Source of the DNA: a virus
Lineage: Duplodnaviria; Caudoviricetes
Length of the DNA: 56,305 nucleotides
Strand: one strand, 5' to 3'
IMG/VR virus record: IMGVR_UViG_3300016469_000460
Span: 1-56,305 of that record
A model generated the notes under the pieces. The model was not told the DNA's origin. It did no database searches and saw nothing but the letters and a program-made list of their open reading frames with translations. Both the position numbers and the translations under genes were made by a program. Shown here piece by piece: positions 1 to 9,738 of this stretch (the stretch's first letter is position 1; each line of letters begins with the position of its first letter).

Positions 1-162
1 GATAGAGGTGTGTAGTACGCCATTGGTAATAACCGTAAAACAAAATTAGTGATTACATCAATTTTCATTATTTTTTGTAACTATGAAATGGGAAGATAGA
101 AAGACCATCAAAAAAGAAACACAAATAACAACATTCATCACCAATCAAAAGAAATTAGCATT

Positions 163-1062
163 ATGGCAATCAGTGTAATTAAAATCAAGAAGTCAGCAAC
201 TGCAAGAAATGAAAGCTTGCAGATGTTTTTCAATGACATCAACAAATATAAAACCCTTAGCAAGGTAGAGGAAATTCAGCTTTTTGAAAACCTTAAAAAA
301 GGCTGTAAAAAAAGCCGTGAAAAGCTATTCAATCACAATGTCCGGTTTGTTATTTCCGTTGCCAAAAATTACGGAAATCAAGAAAACAAATTGAACGACC
401 TTATCCAAGAAGGTTCCATCGGTCTATTGAAAGCAATTGACCGTTTTGACCTTACCAAGGGCTTTAAATTCATCTCCTATGCCGTTTGGTACATTCGGCA
501 AAGCATCATGGAGTTTTTACATGAAAATGAACCCACGATTAGAACCCCAAGCAAGAAACTGTTTTCTTGCAAGGTGGAAAGAATGTATAATGAATTTGTT
601 GAACATTTTGGGATTGAACCCAGCTTGGGAGATTATGAATACTTCTTTGACCTTTGCCCTCGCGAAATTGGAGATTTGCGAAATTTCCAATTGAATCTTG
701 GAATGCAATCTACCGATGCTCCTTTGAGCGTAAGCGATGAAAATGACACTACCATAGGCGAATGCCTTGTATCAAATGCTTTGACCCCTGAAGATATTTT
801 GGAGGCAAAGGAGGCAGTTAAAAGCCTTAGAGAGAAAATGTCGGTACTGACCACTAGACAACGCACCATCATGGAAAAGTATCATTGCCTATTCGATGAT
901 TGGGACAATATGTACACGCTTGCCGATATTGGTGAAAAGCTCAATATCACAAGGGAGCGCGTAAGGCAAGAGGCTTCAAATGCTAAGAAACTATTACAAA
1001 CAACTTTCAAAAGAAAACATAGCTTCAAAGGAAAAAAAGCTAAAAGAAAAGCTACTGCATAA
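163..1062 (+). CDS. Sigma70-family (RpoD/SigA-like) RNA polymerase sigma factor
   Basis: Region 2 motif DLIQEGSIGLLKAIDRFDLTKGFKFISYAVWYIRQSI and region 4 HTH TLADIGEKLNITRERVRQ; short form lacking region 1.1, as in Bacteroidota primary sigma factors. Confidence 0.93.
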   Translation: MAISVIKIKKSATARNESLQMFFNDINKYKTLSKVEEIQLFENLKKGCKKSREKLFNHNVRFVISVAKNYGNQENKLNDLIQEGSIGLLKAIDRFDLTKGFKFISYAVWYIRQSIMEFLHENEPTIRTPSKKLFSCKVERMYNEFVEHFGIEPSLGDYEYFFDLCPREIGDLRNFQLNLGMQSTDAPLSVSDENDTTIGECLVSNALTPEDILEAKEAVKSLREKMSVLTTRQRTIMEKYHCLFDDWDNMYTLADIGEKLNITRERVRQEASNAKKLLQTTFKRKHSFKGKKAKRKATA

Positions 1063-1667
1063 TGGAAAAAATAAAAAACTTTGAGAATGCCAAAGAGGCA
1101 CTAGATGCTTTCAAAGAACTTCCAAGCGAGGTTCAAAAAGAGGTGTTGACAATGGCAAAAATCGTATTGGATAGAAAAAAGGGCTTTGACGCTCCTTACT
1201 ATCAATACAAATTCCCATCGGCACAAATGACATCCTTTGAGTTCTTTTGTAAGGGTCTTACGGATGGGGAATTGCAAGACTTCTTAGCATACTTAGTACA
1301 TGAAAGACAAGTGAAATCGGTATCCAATTTCTTTTCCTATATCCTGCTTTTGATGGCCGCCGCATGGATGGCCTACGGCTCGATAGGCTTTGTTGTTTCG
1401 GCTGCTGAAAAGAATGTATTACTAACAGGCTTGTGGGAATTTGTAGGGCCTCTTATCAATGTGTTTTACCTTCATTACCTAATCGAGGGTAAAACGCTCA
1501 AAAAGCGGATATTCTTAGCTGTTCTTTCAGGCGTTGGCTTTTCGCTAGGTTCAATGCTTACCATTGCAGCAGGGCCAATCCTAGCCCTTATTTACCTACT
1601 AGCTACTACAGCATCTTTTATCGTTTCAATGTACTTGATTTTGAAAATGAGCGAATTTGAACTTTAG
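1062..1667 (+). CDS. Hypothetical membrane protein (about 4 TM segments in the C-terminal half)
   Basis: TAATG overlap with the sigma gene; several long hydrophobic stretches. Confidence 0.75.
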   Translation: MEKIKNFENAKEALDAFKELPSEVQKEVLTMAKIVLDRKKGFDAPYYQYKFPSAQMTSFEFFCKGLTDGELQDFLAYLVHERQVKSVSNFFSYILLLMAAAWMAYGSIGFVVSAAEKNVLLTGLWEFVGPLINVFYLHYLIEGKTLKKRIFLAVLSGVGFSLGSMLTIAAGPILALIYLLATTASFIVSMYLILKMSEFEL

Positions 1668-1697
1668 TCCAATCTTCTTCTTTTTAGTGTTAACATT

Positions 1698-1723
1698 AGC
1701 CTGCCTGACAAGCAGGCTTTTTT
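1698..1723 (+). terminator. Rho-independent terminator
   Basis: AGCCTGC-ctgacaa-GCAGGCT hairpin followed by a T run, just after the 1667 stop. Confidence 0.8.
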
Positions 1724-1762
1724 ATTGATATTTGTAATATTTTAAAAATAATTACAAAAACA

Positions 1763-1794
1763 CTTGTAAATTCTATCGAATAGCGCTACCTTTA
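1763..1794 (+). promoter_or_regulatory. Putative Bacteroidota-type sigmaA promoter
   Basis: cTTG-N20-TACCTTTa, a near match to TTTG-N19-21-TAnnTTTG, upstream of ORF 1828. Confidence 0.45.
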
Positions 1795-1827
1795 TCCGAC
1801 AACATTTTTTACCAAACCAAAAAAAAT

Positions 1828-2538
1828 ATGCTTAAAAATTTCAATGAGCTTTCCGAAAATGAGCAGGCTATCTACATGGGTATAGCCCGTGCCATGCTCA
1901 AAGATTTGTGCATTGACACCACCGATTATTCGGATGGTGAAGTTCAATTCGGTGTGAATCTTGCCACCGAAGATAATGCCTTAGTATTAGAAAAAGCTAT
2001 CTTGCTTTATACATCAATCAACTGCATTCCGTCACACAAAGGAAACCTTGTCAAGCTCGATGACTACACGCCAAAAATTGGCGATAAGTGCGAACTTATA
2101 GAAGATGTAGAATATGTAAAAAGTTTGATGGGTCATCTATTCAGAAAAGGGGACATTCTTTGCGTGCGCGACATTATTGCTAATAAGGCGCTTTGCTCTT
2201 ATTGGAGTAGTCACCCGATTAAAAGTTCTATTCTGAATGTAGTGCCATTCAAAGACCTTAAAATTATCAGTCGTAGCGGAAAGCTTGCTGCTCCTGAAAA
2301 ATTGCCCAACATAGACCCTGAAACCTGCGAGCTTCAAATTGCCGACAAAGTTCTACTCAAAAAACATGGCGGTGACATTGGAATCATCATGGCTATTTCC
2401 CAAGACAAAGATGGGTTCATCTTCTTTGTGTTCAATAACTATAGAGGCTATCAACAGGAAATCCAATGTAAGCGAGAAGATATGACCTTGGTTTGTCGTG
2501 ATGAATGCTGGCTTGTTGATGAAAGTAATTTTTTATAA
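1828..2538 (+). CDS. Hypothetical protein (possible SH3/KOW-like repeats)
   Basis: 236-aa ORF with A-rich leader; motifs PKIGDKCEL and LQIADKVLL. Confidence 0.7.
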   Translation: MLKNFNELSENEQAIYMGIARAMLKDLCIDTTDYSDGEVQFGVNLATEDNALVLEKAILLYTSINCIPSHKGNLVKLDDYTPKIGDKCELIEDVEYVKSLMGHLFRKGDILCVRDIIANKALCSYWSSHPIKSSILNVVPFKDLKIISRSGKLAAPEKLPNIDPETCELQIADKVLLKKHGGDIGIIMAISQDKDGFIFFVFNNYRGYQQEIQCKREDMTLVCRDECWLVDESNFL

Positions 2539-2561
2539 ACCACTCAAAATTCACTATTCCA

Positions 2562-2660
2562 ATGATACTAGCTATTATATCAGGTGTTGCCTTCGTAGGT
2601 TTTTTGATTACCCGTGCAGGCGGTGCCAAAGTCAGAAAGAATAAATACAAATTCAAGTGA
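2562..2660 (+). CDS. Small membrane peptide (32 aa), absent from the ORF track
   Basis: MILAIISGVAFVGFLITRAGGAKVRKNKYKFK*: TM helix plus basic tail; fills the gap, with its stop 1 nt before the next ATG (2662). Confidence 0.55.
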   Translation: MILAIISGVAFVGFLITRAGGAKVRKNKYKFK

Positions 2661-2661
2661 T

Positions 2662-3009
2662 ATGAAAATTAAAACTATCGAAAGGGATGGTCATTTGCTT
2701 GAATTATCATCTGTCCAAACAGTTGACTTGATGTTATCCCATCCGTCAAGTCTTGGTAACAGGCCATTGATTGAGCCATATACCAAAGCAGGATTTGACA
2801 CTAGCTTTGAAACTACTTTTCAGGTACAAGAAAACGACCTTATCAGCTTCCAAGCCTCTCACTTAGGCACTAAGTCGAATGTCAAGATATTAGTCATTTC
2901 GGTTAGCCAAAGACAGAAAAAGACCATGAGCAGAAAGCCCGAAAAATATACCCTTTACACTTTTACGTGTCGGGTAATTAGTAATGAGATTGAAAATAAA
3001 ACTATTTGA
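2662..3009 (+). CDS. Hypothetical protein
   Basis: ORF 2614..3009, more likely starting at ATG 2662; tightly packed. Confidence 0.65.
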   Translation: MKIKTIERDGHLLELSSVQTVDLMLSHPSSLGNRPLIEPYTKAGFDTSFETTFQVQENDLISFQASHLGTKSNVKILVISVSQRQKKTMSRKPEKYTLYTFTCRVISNEIENKTI

Positions 3010-3013
3010 AAAA

Positions 3014-3496
3014 ATGAATATCAGATTCTACAAAAACACATTGACTGAAAGCCAAATTATTGAGCTTCTGAAATTAGATGATAATTTCAAGCTCGATAGG
3101 CCTCCAATTATTGAGTTTCGCCCGAACATTCATTGTGATGGAAGCGGATATTTTGATGTTTTTTCAAAACGAAGAAGCAGAATATATCGTACAAAATCTA
3201 CATTTCTGCGATTGACGATAGGCGTTTTGTTCAATGCTCGGCAAATAGAATTATACGAAAAGTTTATCAATGAAAGCTATCGGGTCAAAATATGCCCATA
3301 TTGGATAGTGGATAGTGACAATAAAAAGCAACTTTTCATTCAAATGATGGGAAATTTCATTGATTTGAACTATGAATATCCGTTCATAATTGGCAAAGAA
3401 GGTAGCCTAACCTTTCAGCATCAAGAAATGACTATCAATGATTTTTACGACCATGAGGAAAGAACCATTTACAAATACGAATTACAAAAATTTTAA
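3014..3496 (+). CDS. Hypothetical protein
   Basis: ORF 2984..3496, likely start ATG 3014; tightly packed. Confidence 0.65.
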   Translation: MNIRFYKNTLTESQIIELLKLDDNFKLDRPPIIEFRPNIHCDGSGYFDVFSKRRSRIYRTKSTFLRLTIGVLFNARQIELYEKFINESYRVKICPYWIVDSDNKKQLFIQMMGNFIDLNYEYPFIIGKEGSLTFQHQEMTINDFYDHEERTIYKYELQKF

Positions 3497-3499
3497 CCC

Positions 3500-4093
3500 A
3501 TGCTTGAAAAATTTATCATTCCAACACCAATTGTTTTTGTGCGTTACAAAGACGGTGAACAAATTGAAGCGAACGAATACACTCTTAGAAACATTCAATT
3601 GGAAGTCGCTTTGGGTTCTCTCGATGCTGCATTCATAGCAATATGCGACCCATCTACAGATACTATTCATTCTATGGACAAAAGCGGTAATATTATCCCT
3701 GAATTGACTAGTGACATCTTTACAAAGAACCAAGCCCTAGCCAATGAGCTTTCTGCTAAAGAATGGCAAAAAGCTTGGGATATTGAAACCAATTTCATGT
3801 TGAATTTCAAATCAAAAAGAATATTCAGTAATGGATTTCTTGCAAGTACTATTTTGTATCGGATTAACGCTATCATTGTAGCTGAAACAAAAAGAGAAGC
3901 AATTACTATGCTTCGATTACACTTTCTAAGCACCTTGGAAAAAGAAGATATAATTGGCACTACGCATCAATCTCTACCGGAAATATCCGACCTCATTTTC
4001 AAAAATGCAAAATACAGTGAGGTGAAAGCATTTGCAGGGAAGACAGAAAATGATGCTATCCATAAAATTGAAATTACAGCTACCTATGGATAA
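3500..4093 (+). CDS. Hypothetical protein
   Basis: 197-aa ORF in a packed operon. Confidence 0.7.
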   Translation: MLEKFIIPTPIVFVRYKDGEQIEANEYTLRNIQLEVALGSLDAAFIAICDPSTDTIHSMDKSGNIIPELTSDIFTKNQALANELSAKEWQKAWDIETNFMLNFKSKRIFSNGFLASTILYRINAIIVAETKREAITMLRLHFLSTLEKEDIIGTTHQSLPEISDLIFKNAKYSEVKAFAGKTENDAIHKIEITATYG

Positions 4094-4274
4094 CCAAGAA
4101 CATTTTGATTGTCTTTCTGAAGCTCAGGAGCTTTACAAGCTACTCGAAAGCATCCCGAATGAACACAAGGACAATGCTGCCAATGCCTGCATAGAATTTG
4201 CCCTACGTTGGTGCTTGACAAATGAAGATTCAAACCGATTATCAGAACTCAAAGAATTTATCAAAAATGAATAA
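4086..4274 (+). CDS. Hypothetical protein
   Basis: ATG 4086 overlaps the upstream stop; fills the gap. Confidence 0.55.
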   Translation: MDNQEHFDCLSEAQELYKLLESIPNEHKDNAANACIEFALRWCLTNEDSNRLSELKEFIKNE

Positions 4275-5190
4275 GCCTAACCTGTTACCTATTTCACCTA
4301 CTACCATGCCGGTACGTGAATGCTTAATTGTAATTCACTTTCTTGTAACTTATAGCAGTAAAGAACAACTTTCCTATCAAATGCTTTACCAATGGAAGCC
4401 AATTGATAGGACACAATATCCACATTGCTACCTTAGAGAAACTGAAAATGATTTGGTAGGCATTTTGAATGATAGCATGGCTTTCAATGATGTAAAAATA
4501 TACAAATCACATGACAGTATTTTTGATAATTGCCTTGGATATGAGTTGGTCCAAACCGACAACATCTTCATAGATAAGTCACATATTGAACAACTGCCAA
4601 AGCAAATCAATGATATTTTAGCTGACCCATCCAAGGGCAGAAATTACATCCAAAATATTGACGGACAAGACTACTTTTTCACTATATATGGTATAGATGG
4701 ACAAGCAAGGCAAATTGTCCGTAAGCGAAAAATTATAGAAGTTGAACGATTGTTCGAGATGCCTTCGGGTTTGTCTATCTACTGTTCAAAAAATGAGGTT
4801 GGTGGGCATACTTATTATGGCGAAAGTAATGGGGGAATTTTGGCACCCATCTTCCCAATTTTCGATAGTGTTATTTCTACCAAAGAAGATATTTTGACGG
4901 CATTAATGCTTGAGTACGGCCTGAATTATGTCGAAAATCTTGACCCATTGAAATGCGAGTTACGCGATGGGGACAAGTGCAAGGTCGTGAATGTATATCC
5001 CGGCATTGAGCTATATCATGGAATTGACATAGTGACCGTCAAAAAGGATATTTTTGGACGCTTGACCATTCGCATAGGGAGTCAAGATATTTCCATGCAG
5101 CGCGAAAATTTGCAGCTTGTGGAGCGCAATGGAGTGAAGTTGATGCAAGACCCTAGAATTAGTTATGGAAACAATGAAGATTTCATCTAA
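4267..5190 (+). CDS. Hypothetical protein
   Basis: ORF 4222..5190, likely start ATG 4267; C-terminal LDPLKCELRDGDKCKV resembles a motif in ORF 1828. Confidence 0.7.
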   Translation: MNKPNLLPISPTTMPVRECLIVIHFLVTYSSKEQLSYQMLYQWKPIDRTQYPHCYLRETENDLVGILNDSMAFNDVKIYKSHDSIFDNCLGYELVQTDNIFIDKSHIEQLPKQINDILADPSKGRNYIQNIDGQDYFFTIYGIDGQARQIVRKRKIIEVERLFEMPSGLSIYCSKNEVGGHTYYGESNGGILAPIFPIFDSVISTKEDILTALMLEYGLNYVENLDPLKCELRDGDKCKVVNVYPGIELYHGIDIVTVKKDIFGRLTIRIGSQDISMQRENLQLVERNGVKLMQDPRISYGNNEDFI

Positions 5191-5206
5191 TAAAAAATAA
5201 TATAAA

Positions 5207-6127
5207 ATGGATTATAGCCTTAAACAAATTAGAGAAGATTTTAAAAAGAGTGGGGTTTTTTATACAACATCCGAACTAGCTGAGTATTTAAAATCCTTGA
5301 TAGATATTGAATATTCAGAAGTATATGACCCTACTTGCGGAAACGGGCAACTTCTTTCCGTTTTTGCAGATGAAATAAAAAAGTTCGGTCAGGAAATAAA
5401 TGAACAACAATTACAAGTAGCTCAACAAAGGCTAGTAAATTTTAATGGATATTGTGGTGACACACTAAAAGACCCGCATTTCTTAGATAAAAAATTCAAG
5501 TGCATTGTAGCCAATCCACCATTTTCAATAAAATGGGAACCACCAATGAAAGGTCTTTTTATAGATGAAAGATTTTCGGATTGCCCAGCTTTACCACCTC
5601 CAAGTAAAGCAGACTACGCCTTTATGTTACATTGCCTACACTATCTTTCAGATGATGGAATAGCAGTTATTTTAAATTTCCCCGGCATTCTATATAGAGG
5701 TGCTTCCGAGGGCAATATTAGAAAATGGCTAGTACAAAAAAATTGGATTGACAAAGTGATTAGAATACCAGGAAAGACATTTGTTGACACAACTATCGAA
5801 ACCTGCATAATAGTTTTTAAAAAGAATAAATCCGATAGCTCTATTTTATTCATTGATACCGAAAGTAGCAAGCAAAAATTAGCTTCATTGGAAGATATAG
5901 TAAAAAACGATTATATACTTTCGGTCAATACTTACATAGAAAAAGATGAAGAAAGTAAGCCAATGATAGACCCATTACAATTGCAGGAAAAGGCTCATAG
6001 GTCAATGATATTGAGATTAAAGAAAAACATCGAAATGGATAAAATGATTTGCGAGCTTGAAGGGTGGGATTTCGTGCCGTACCTATTGCAGTTACAAGAA
6101 ACTATTAAATCATATCTTCAAAAATAA
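5207..6127 (+). CDS. N6-adenine DNA methyltransferase (HsdM/N6_Mtase-like, orphan)
   Basis: Motif X GVFYT, motif I YDPTCGNGQLL, GQEIN, catalytic VANPPFS, and PPxSKADYAFMLH typical of HsdM. Confidence 0.92.
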   Translation: MDYSLKQIREDFKKSGVFYTTSELAEYLKSLIDIEYSEVYDPTCGNGQLLSVFADEIKKFGQEINEQQLQVAQQRLVNFNGYCGDTLKDPHFLDKKFKCIVANPPFSIKWEPPMKGLFIDERFSDCPALPPPSKADYAFMLHCLHYLSDDGIAVILNFPGILYRGASEGNIRKWLVQKNWIDKVIRIPGKTFVDTTIETCIIVFKKNKSDSSILFIDTESSKQKLASLEDIVKNDYILSVNTYIEKDEESKPMIDPLQLQEKAHRSMILRLKKNIEMDKMICELEGWDFVPYLLQLQETIKSYLQK

Positions 6128-6130
6128 TTT

Positions 6131-6319
6131 ATGAGCGTATATTGGGACAATTCCTCTCGTGGAGTTAACAAAAGAATGACAAAAACAAAATATCATAATT
6201 GTTGGCGTGCGGAAGTTACTATATCGGGTGTTAGATTCCGAAAAAGATTCAAAGATTATCAAGCTGCCTTGGATTGGGCAGAAATGATAAAAAACAAATT
6301 AAAAGGCGATTTACTATGA
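6131..6319 (+). CDS. Small AP2-like DNA-binding protein
   Basis: RGV...WRAEVTISGVRFRKRFKDYQAA pattern of AP2/integrase-type three-stranded DNA-binding domains. Confidence 0.55.
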   Translation: MSVYWDNSSRGVNKRMTKTKYHNCWRAEVTISGVRFRKRFKDYQAALDWAEMIKNKLKGDLL

Positions 6320-6519
6320 CTGCAATCGAATATCAAACCCTTAGACGGCAAGTGAATGACCAAATTCAGGACATCAAGATTCGCATTTCAAAAATAGCCT
6401 ACCAATATGGAATTTTTGAGAAGGGCAAGCTTATCGGTTATAAGAACTGCAAGGGCTTTGAGGTGATGAATTTTAAATGTGAGATTGCGAGATTGCAGGA
6501 TATTTTGAAAAACACTTAA
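6316..6519 (+). CDS. Hypothetical protein
   Basis: ATGA overlap with the previous stop. Confidence 0.55.
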   Translation: MTAIEYQTLRRQVNDQIQDIKIRISKIAYQYGIFEKGKLIGYKNCKGFEVMNFKCEIARLQDILKNT

Positions 6520-6530
6520 AAAACAAATAT

Positions 6531-6830
6531 ATGTCGTTCATTTCAAGACTTGAACTAATCAATAACATCCAAATGAATAATGTCAATGAAAGTGGTTTTG
6601 ATGTTATCTTTGAATTGTATGTTGAAATAAAACCCATGTCAAAAGATTTGACCTATACTATCAATATAACTATGAGCTGTTTTGATGTTGTTATAACTGA
6701 AAGTCAAGTCAATGGGTATATGGGTGCAATTGAAGACTTCATCAAAGGTTATCTCGAAGATAGAAGCAATATTCAACGCGCCCGTGACAATATCGCTCGA
6801 ATTAGCAAAAGAATAGGGTTTATTGAGTAA
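6531..6830 (+). CDS. Hypothetical protein
   Basis: 99-aa ORF with A-rich leader. Confidence 0.6.
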   Translation: MSFISRLELINNIQMNNVNESGFDVIFELYVEIKPMSKDLTYTINITMSCFDVVITESQVNGYMGAIEDFIKGYLEDRSNIQRARDNIARISKRIGFIE

Positions 6831-6908
6831 AAAACAGAAAGCCCCCAAAACGTGCGCTTGATAATCAGAGGCGATGGGGGCATTGACCATACAAAAATAA
6901 TCAATTTT

Positions 6909-7349
6909 ATGAAAAACAAAAACGTTCAACATCCACAGCATTACGGCGGCGGTGATAATCCTTTTGAGGCTATCAAGGTAATTGAAGCTTGGGGCTTGGG
7001 TTTTCACTTGGGAAACACCCTGAAATATATCAGTAGGGCAGGTAAAAAAGACCCTTCAAAAACCATTGAAGACTTGGAAAAGGCTCTTTGGTACGCCAAA
7101 AGATACATCCAAGAAAAGCCAGCTACTATCTTCGTAAAAATCAATGAAGATTATAACGATGCTGATAAGATAGCAGATGCTTGGGGAATAGAAAATTACG
7201 CTGACACAGGAAGTGCCGATTTTTGGTTGCGTCGTTCCATATATCAAATACACCGCTACGCGGTCAACCAATATGAAAGCCACCAATTCGATTCAGTTTC
7301 TATTTGTTGCCAATACCTTGAAAATGCCGTTGAAATGCTGAAAAAGTAA
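6909..7349 (+). CDS. DUF3310 (T7 gp1.7/SaV-like) domain protein
   Basis: VQHPQHY...EAIKVIE...GFHLGNTLKYISRAGKK...EDLEKALWY signature. Confidence 0.85.
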   Translation: MKNKNVQHPQHYGGGDNPFEAIKVIEAWGLGFHLGNTLKYISRAGKKDPSKTIEDLEKALWYAKRYIQEKPATIFVKINEDYNDADKIADAWGIENYADTGSADFWLRRSIYQIHRYAVNQYESHQFDSVSICCQYLENAVEMLKK

Positions 7350-7360
7350 CCACCAACAAC

Positions 7361-7389
7361 AAAAGCCGCCCAATTAAAGGCGGCTTTTT
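7361..7389. terminator. Bidirectional rho-independent terminator between convergent operons
   Basis: AAAAGCCGCC-caattaaa-GGCGGCTTTT. Confidence 0.85.
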
Positions 7390-7494
7390 CATTATGGAGC
7401 TACAGGTAAAAAAGTATATGGAAGCGAAATGGAAGTTATATCTAAACAATGGCCTTTTTGCTCAAAAAGCATCTTGAAAAACACTTGAAAAAAG

Positions 7495-7773
7495 TTACTT
7501 CACAGTAATGGTATCAGTAGTATCTTGTGCGATAGGATAGGCTTTTTTGCTCTTGCTACCTCTATCGCCAAAGGTTACATGGCGCACCTTCTTTTCATTT
7601 GGTTGCCCTGCAAAATTTGTAGCTGACTTGATACTTGGTACATACTTACCAAGATTTCCATAAGCCATTTCATAGCGTATTGCTGCGCTTGATACCCAGC
7701 AAAATAGCATAATGACTAATGCTGTGTTTCTAACTCTTTTCATCGCCTTCATTTGTTTGTTTGTCCTTTCCAT
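7495..7773 (-). CDS. Hypothetical protein with N-terminal TM/signal segment
   Basis: KRVRNTALVIMLFCWVSSAA; last gene of the virion operon. Confidence 0.55.
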   Translation of the reverse strand: MERTNKQMKAMKRVRNTALVIMLFCWVSSAAIRYEMAYGNLGKYVPSIKSATNFAGQPNEKKVRHVTFGDRGSKSKKAYPIAQDTTDTITVK

Positions 7774-8041
7774 TTCTCAAAATTCTTATGATTTCCTTAG
7801 AATTTTTATCAGCTTCAAATGCGTGCATAGACACCATTAAAAGCTTTTCTTTCAATTCCTTTATCTCTACGTTTTGAGCTTTGACCTCCTTGCTTAACAT
7901 GGCCGTTTCAAGTCTGCTTTCTGCCATATCAGCCGAAAAAGACTTTTGTTGCATCCAAGACATAATCAATTGCATCATAGTTGCTACAAATGCCGCTACG
8001 ATAGTTGCTATTGTCGATGCCCAAAATAAGAACTCTGCCAT
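7730..8041 (-). CDS. Small membrane-anchored coiled-coil protein (holin-like or accessory)
   Basis: N-terminal TM helix followed by a heptad-rich region. Confidence 0.6.
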   Translation of the reverse strand: MAEFLFWASTIATIVAAFVATMMQLIMSWMQQKSFSADMAESRLETAMLSKEVKAQNVEIKELKEKLLMVSMHAFEADKNSKEIIRILRNGKDKQTNEGDEKS

Positions 8042-8063
8042 AGTGTAAATATAGTGTTATTTT

Positions 8064-9731
8064 TTAATAAGTTATCTCGAATACACCCGAAAAGATGTAG
8101 TTCGTAGTAGCAGCAGGAAAGTTAGCCGCTCCGGTTGTTGTAAGACTTAGGATATTTCCTGATAATGTCCTGACAAATAAAGCTGAGCTATTCGATGTTA
8201 CCATTCCGCAAGAAGCTTGATTGATTGGAAGGGTGTGTGGTAATCCAAGATTCAAATTCATGCCGCTTACTGCCCCTGCAATGGTAATATTCAGCTCAAA
8301 TCTAAGAAAAATTTTGTTTCCATCATACTGTACCCTAGTAGTTGATGAATTAAGTGTTGCAGTTCCACCGCCCGAACTAACCGTCAAAGATGGAGCCGCC
8401 GTATTTTGATAGTGCGTATCCACTTTGACAAGCCTCCAAAAGAACTCATCTTCTACAAAAACAAGCACCGTATTTCCCTTGACAACATAATTAGTCAAGG
8501 TGATAGGTGTCCATATAGGCTTATAACCAACCGGAACGGAAAAATCAAAAGGTTGGATATTCAAAGCATCCGTACCGCTCACAATCAAATAACAAATACC
8601 GCCCCCAAGATTGCCCGTTGTTGTACCTTGGTCAAATGACTGAGATGTACTAATACCCCTAATGATGTTATTAGGCGTGGAACTGTTACCAAGGCTATAC
8701 ACATTGTAGTCAGGAGAAAGCGCTACAAGGCCACTTGCTAGCGTTCCGACACTACTTTGCTTGTTGTTCAATATTTGTTGCTTCCAAAAGCGATTGACAC
8801 GCCCTAGAGCAGCTTCATCACCTTCCTCAAAATAATAGTTCCCTGCATTGTCATAAGCAATCGTTACAGCGCTGCCAGCTTTGAGGAAATAATTACGGCC
8901 AAAGAATGCACCGTCAAAACGGATGCTGACCGTTGGGGAAAAGAGTGTGAACCTTCTAATGCGTCCACTTGCAGGCACCGGAACGGCATTGAATGCCGTA
9001 ACCCTCACATCAATTGCAGGTGTACTAGTAGTTTGCAGGATGTAAAAATTTCGGTTCAAATCTTCATTGGTAGCGGTATTGTCTTTCAAGAAGATAACTG
9101 TCGCACTTGCTGCTGTATTGAGCGTGGCAATACCGTGATATTCCTCTAAGCCCCTGACACTTTGAAGCTCCTGAAAGTCGTTTTCGCGGTCTTGGTGTGC
9201 AATAGTTCCGTCATTAGCAAAGTCGGGTATAGATGCTTGGGTATAAAATACACCTGCATCGGTTAGGCTTGCCATAGCAGCAGGGACATATAGATAGCCC
9301 AAAATGACAAAGGTAAGTTCTTGGGTTGGGGTCAATGTCGGAGCTGTCGGATTGCTTGCAGGTGTGCCGGGTATAACGGAATATATGGCAGGCGAACCAC
9401 CAACAACATTCACTTTGTTATGTTCTACCACAATAGCATCAATGCGAGGTAATGAGGGGTCACCTGCTGAAATTGGCAAAGTGATATTTCCATCTTCGGT
9501 AATAATGACACCTTGACGGCTACAACAGATGCTATATTTTACAGAAGATGTACCGCCCAATTGAGTTTTTGGCGCTCCTGTAACCGATGGACTAAGTGTT
9601 AGGGTCAAGCCTGCTGCTAGGATAGCATCATAGCCAGCGTAACGGCCTTGATTGATAATACCAAGGTATCTGAAATTCAGACTTAGTGTATCATCATCAT
9701 CTTTATATTCGTAATAGCGTCTTTGTGACAT
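8064..9731 (-). CDS. Tail fibre / receptor-binding protein
   Basis: Follows the baseplate J and I genes; N-terminal ISAGDPSLPRIDAIVVE...GTPASNPTAP...LGYLYVP motif common to phage tail-fibre anchors; beta-rich C-terminus. Confidence 0.75.
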   Translation of the reverse strand: MSQRRYYEYKDDDDTLSLNFRYLGIINQGRYAGYDAILAAGLTLTLSPSVTGAPKTQLGGTSSVKYSICCSRQGVIITEDGNITLPISAGDPSLPRIDAIVVEHNKVNVVGGSPAIYSVIPGTPASNPTAPTLTPTQELTFVILGYLYVPAAMASLTDAGVFYTQASIPDFANDGTIAHQDRENDFQELQSVRGLEEYHGIATLNTAASATVIFLKDNTATNEDLNRNFYILQTTSTPAIDVRVTAFNAVPVPASGRIRRFTLFSPTVSIRFDGAFFGRNYFLKAGSAVTIAYDNAGNYYFEEGDEAALGRVNRFWKQQILNNKQSSVGTLASGLVALSPDYNVYSLGNSSTPNNIIRGISTSQSFDQGTTTGNLGGGICYLIVSGTDALNIQPFDFSVPVGYKPIWTPITLTNYVVKGNTVLVFVEDEFFWRLVKVDTHYQNTAAPSLTVSSGGGTATLNSSTTRVQYDGNKIFLRFELNITIAGAVSGMNLNLGLPHTLPINQASCGMVTSNSSALFVRTLSGNILSLTTTGAANFPAATTNYIFSGVFEITY

Positions 9732-9738
9732 AAAATTC

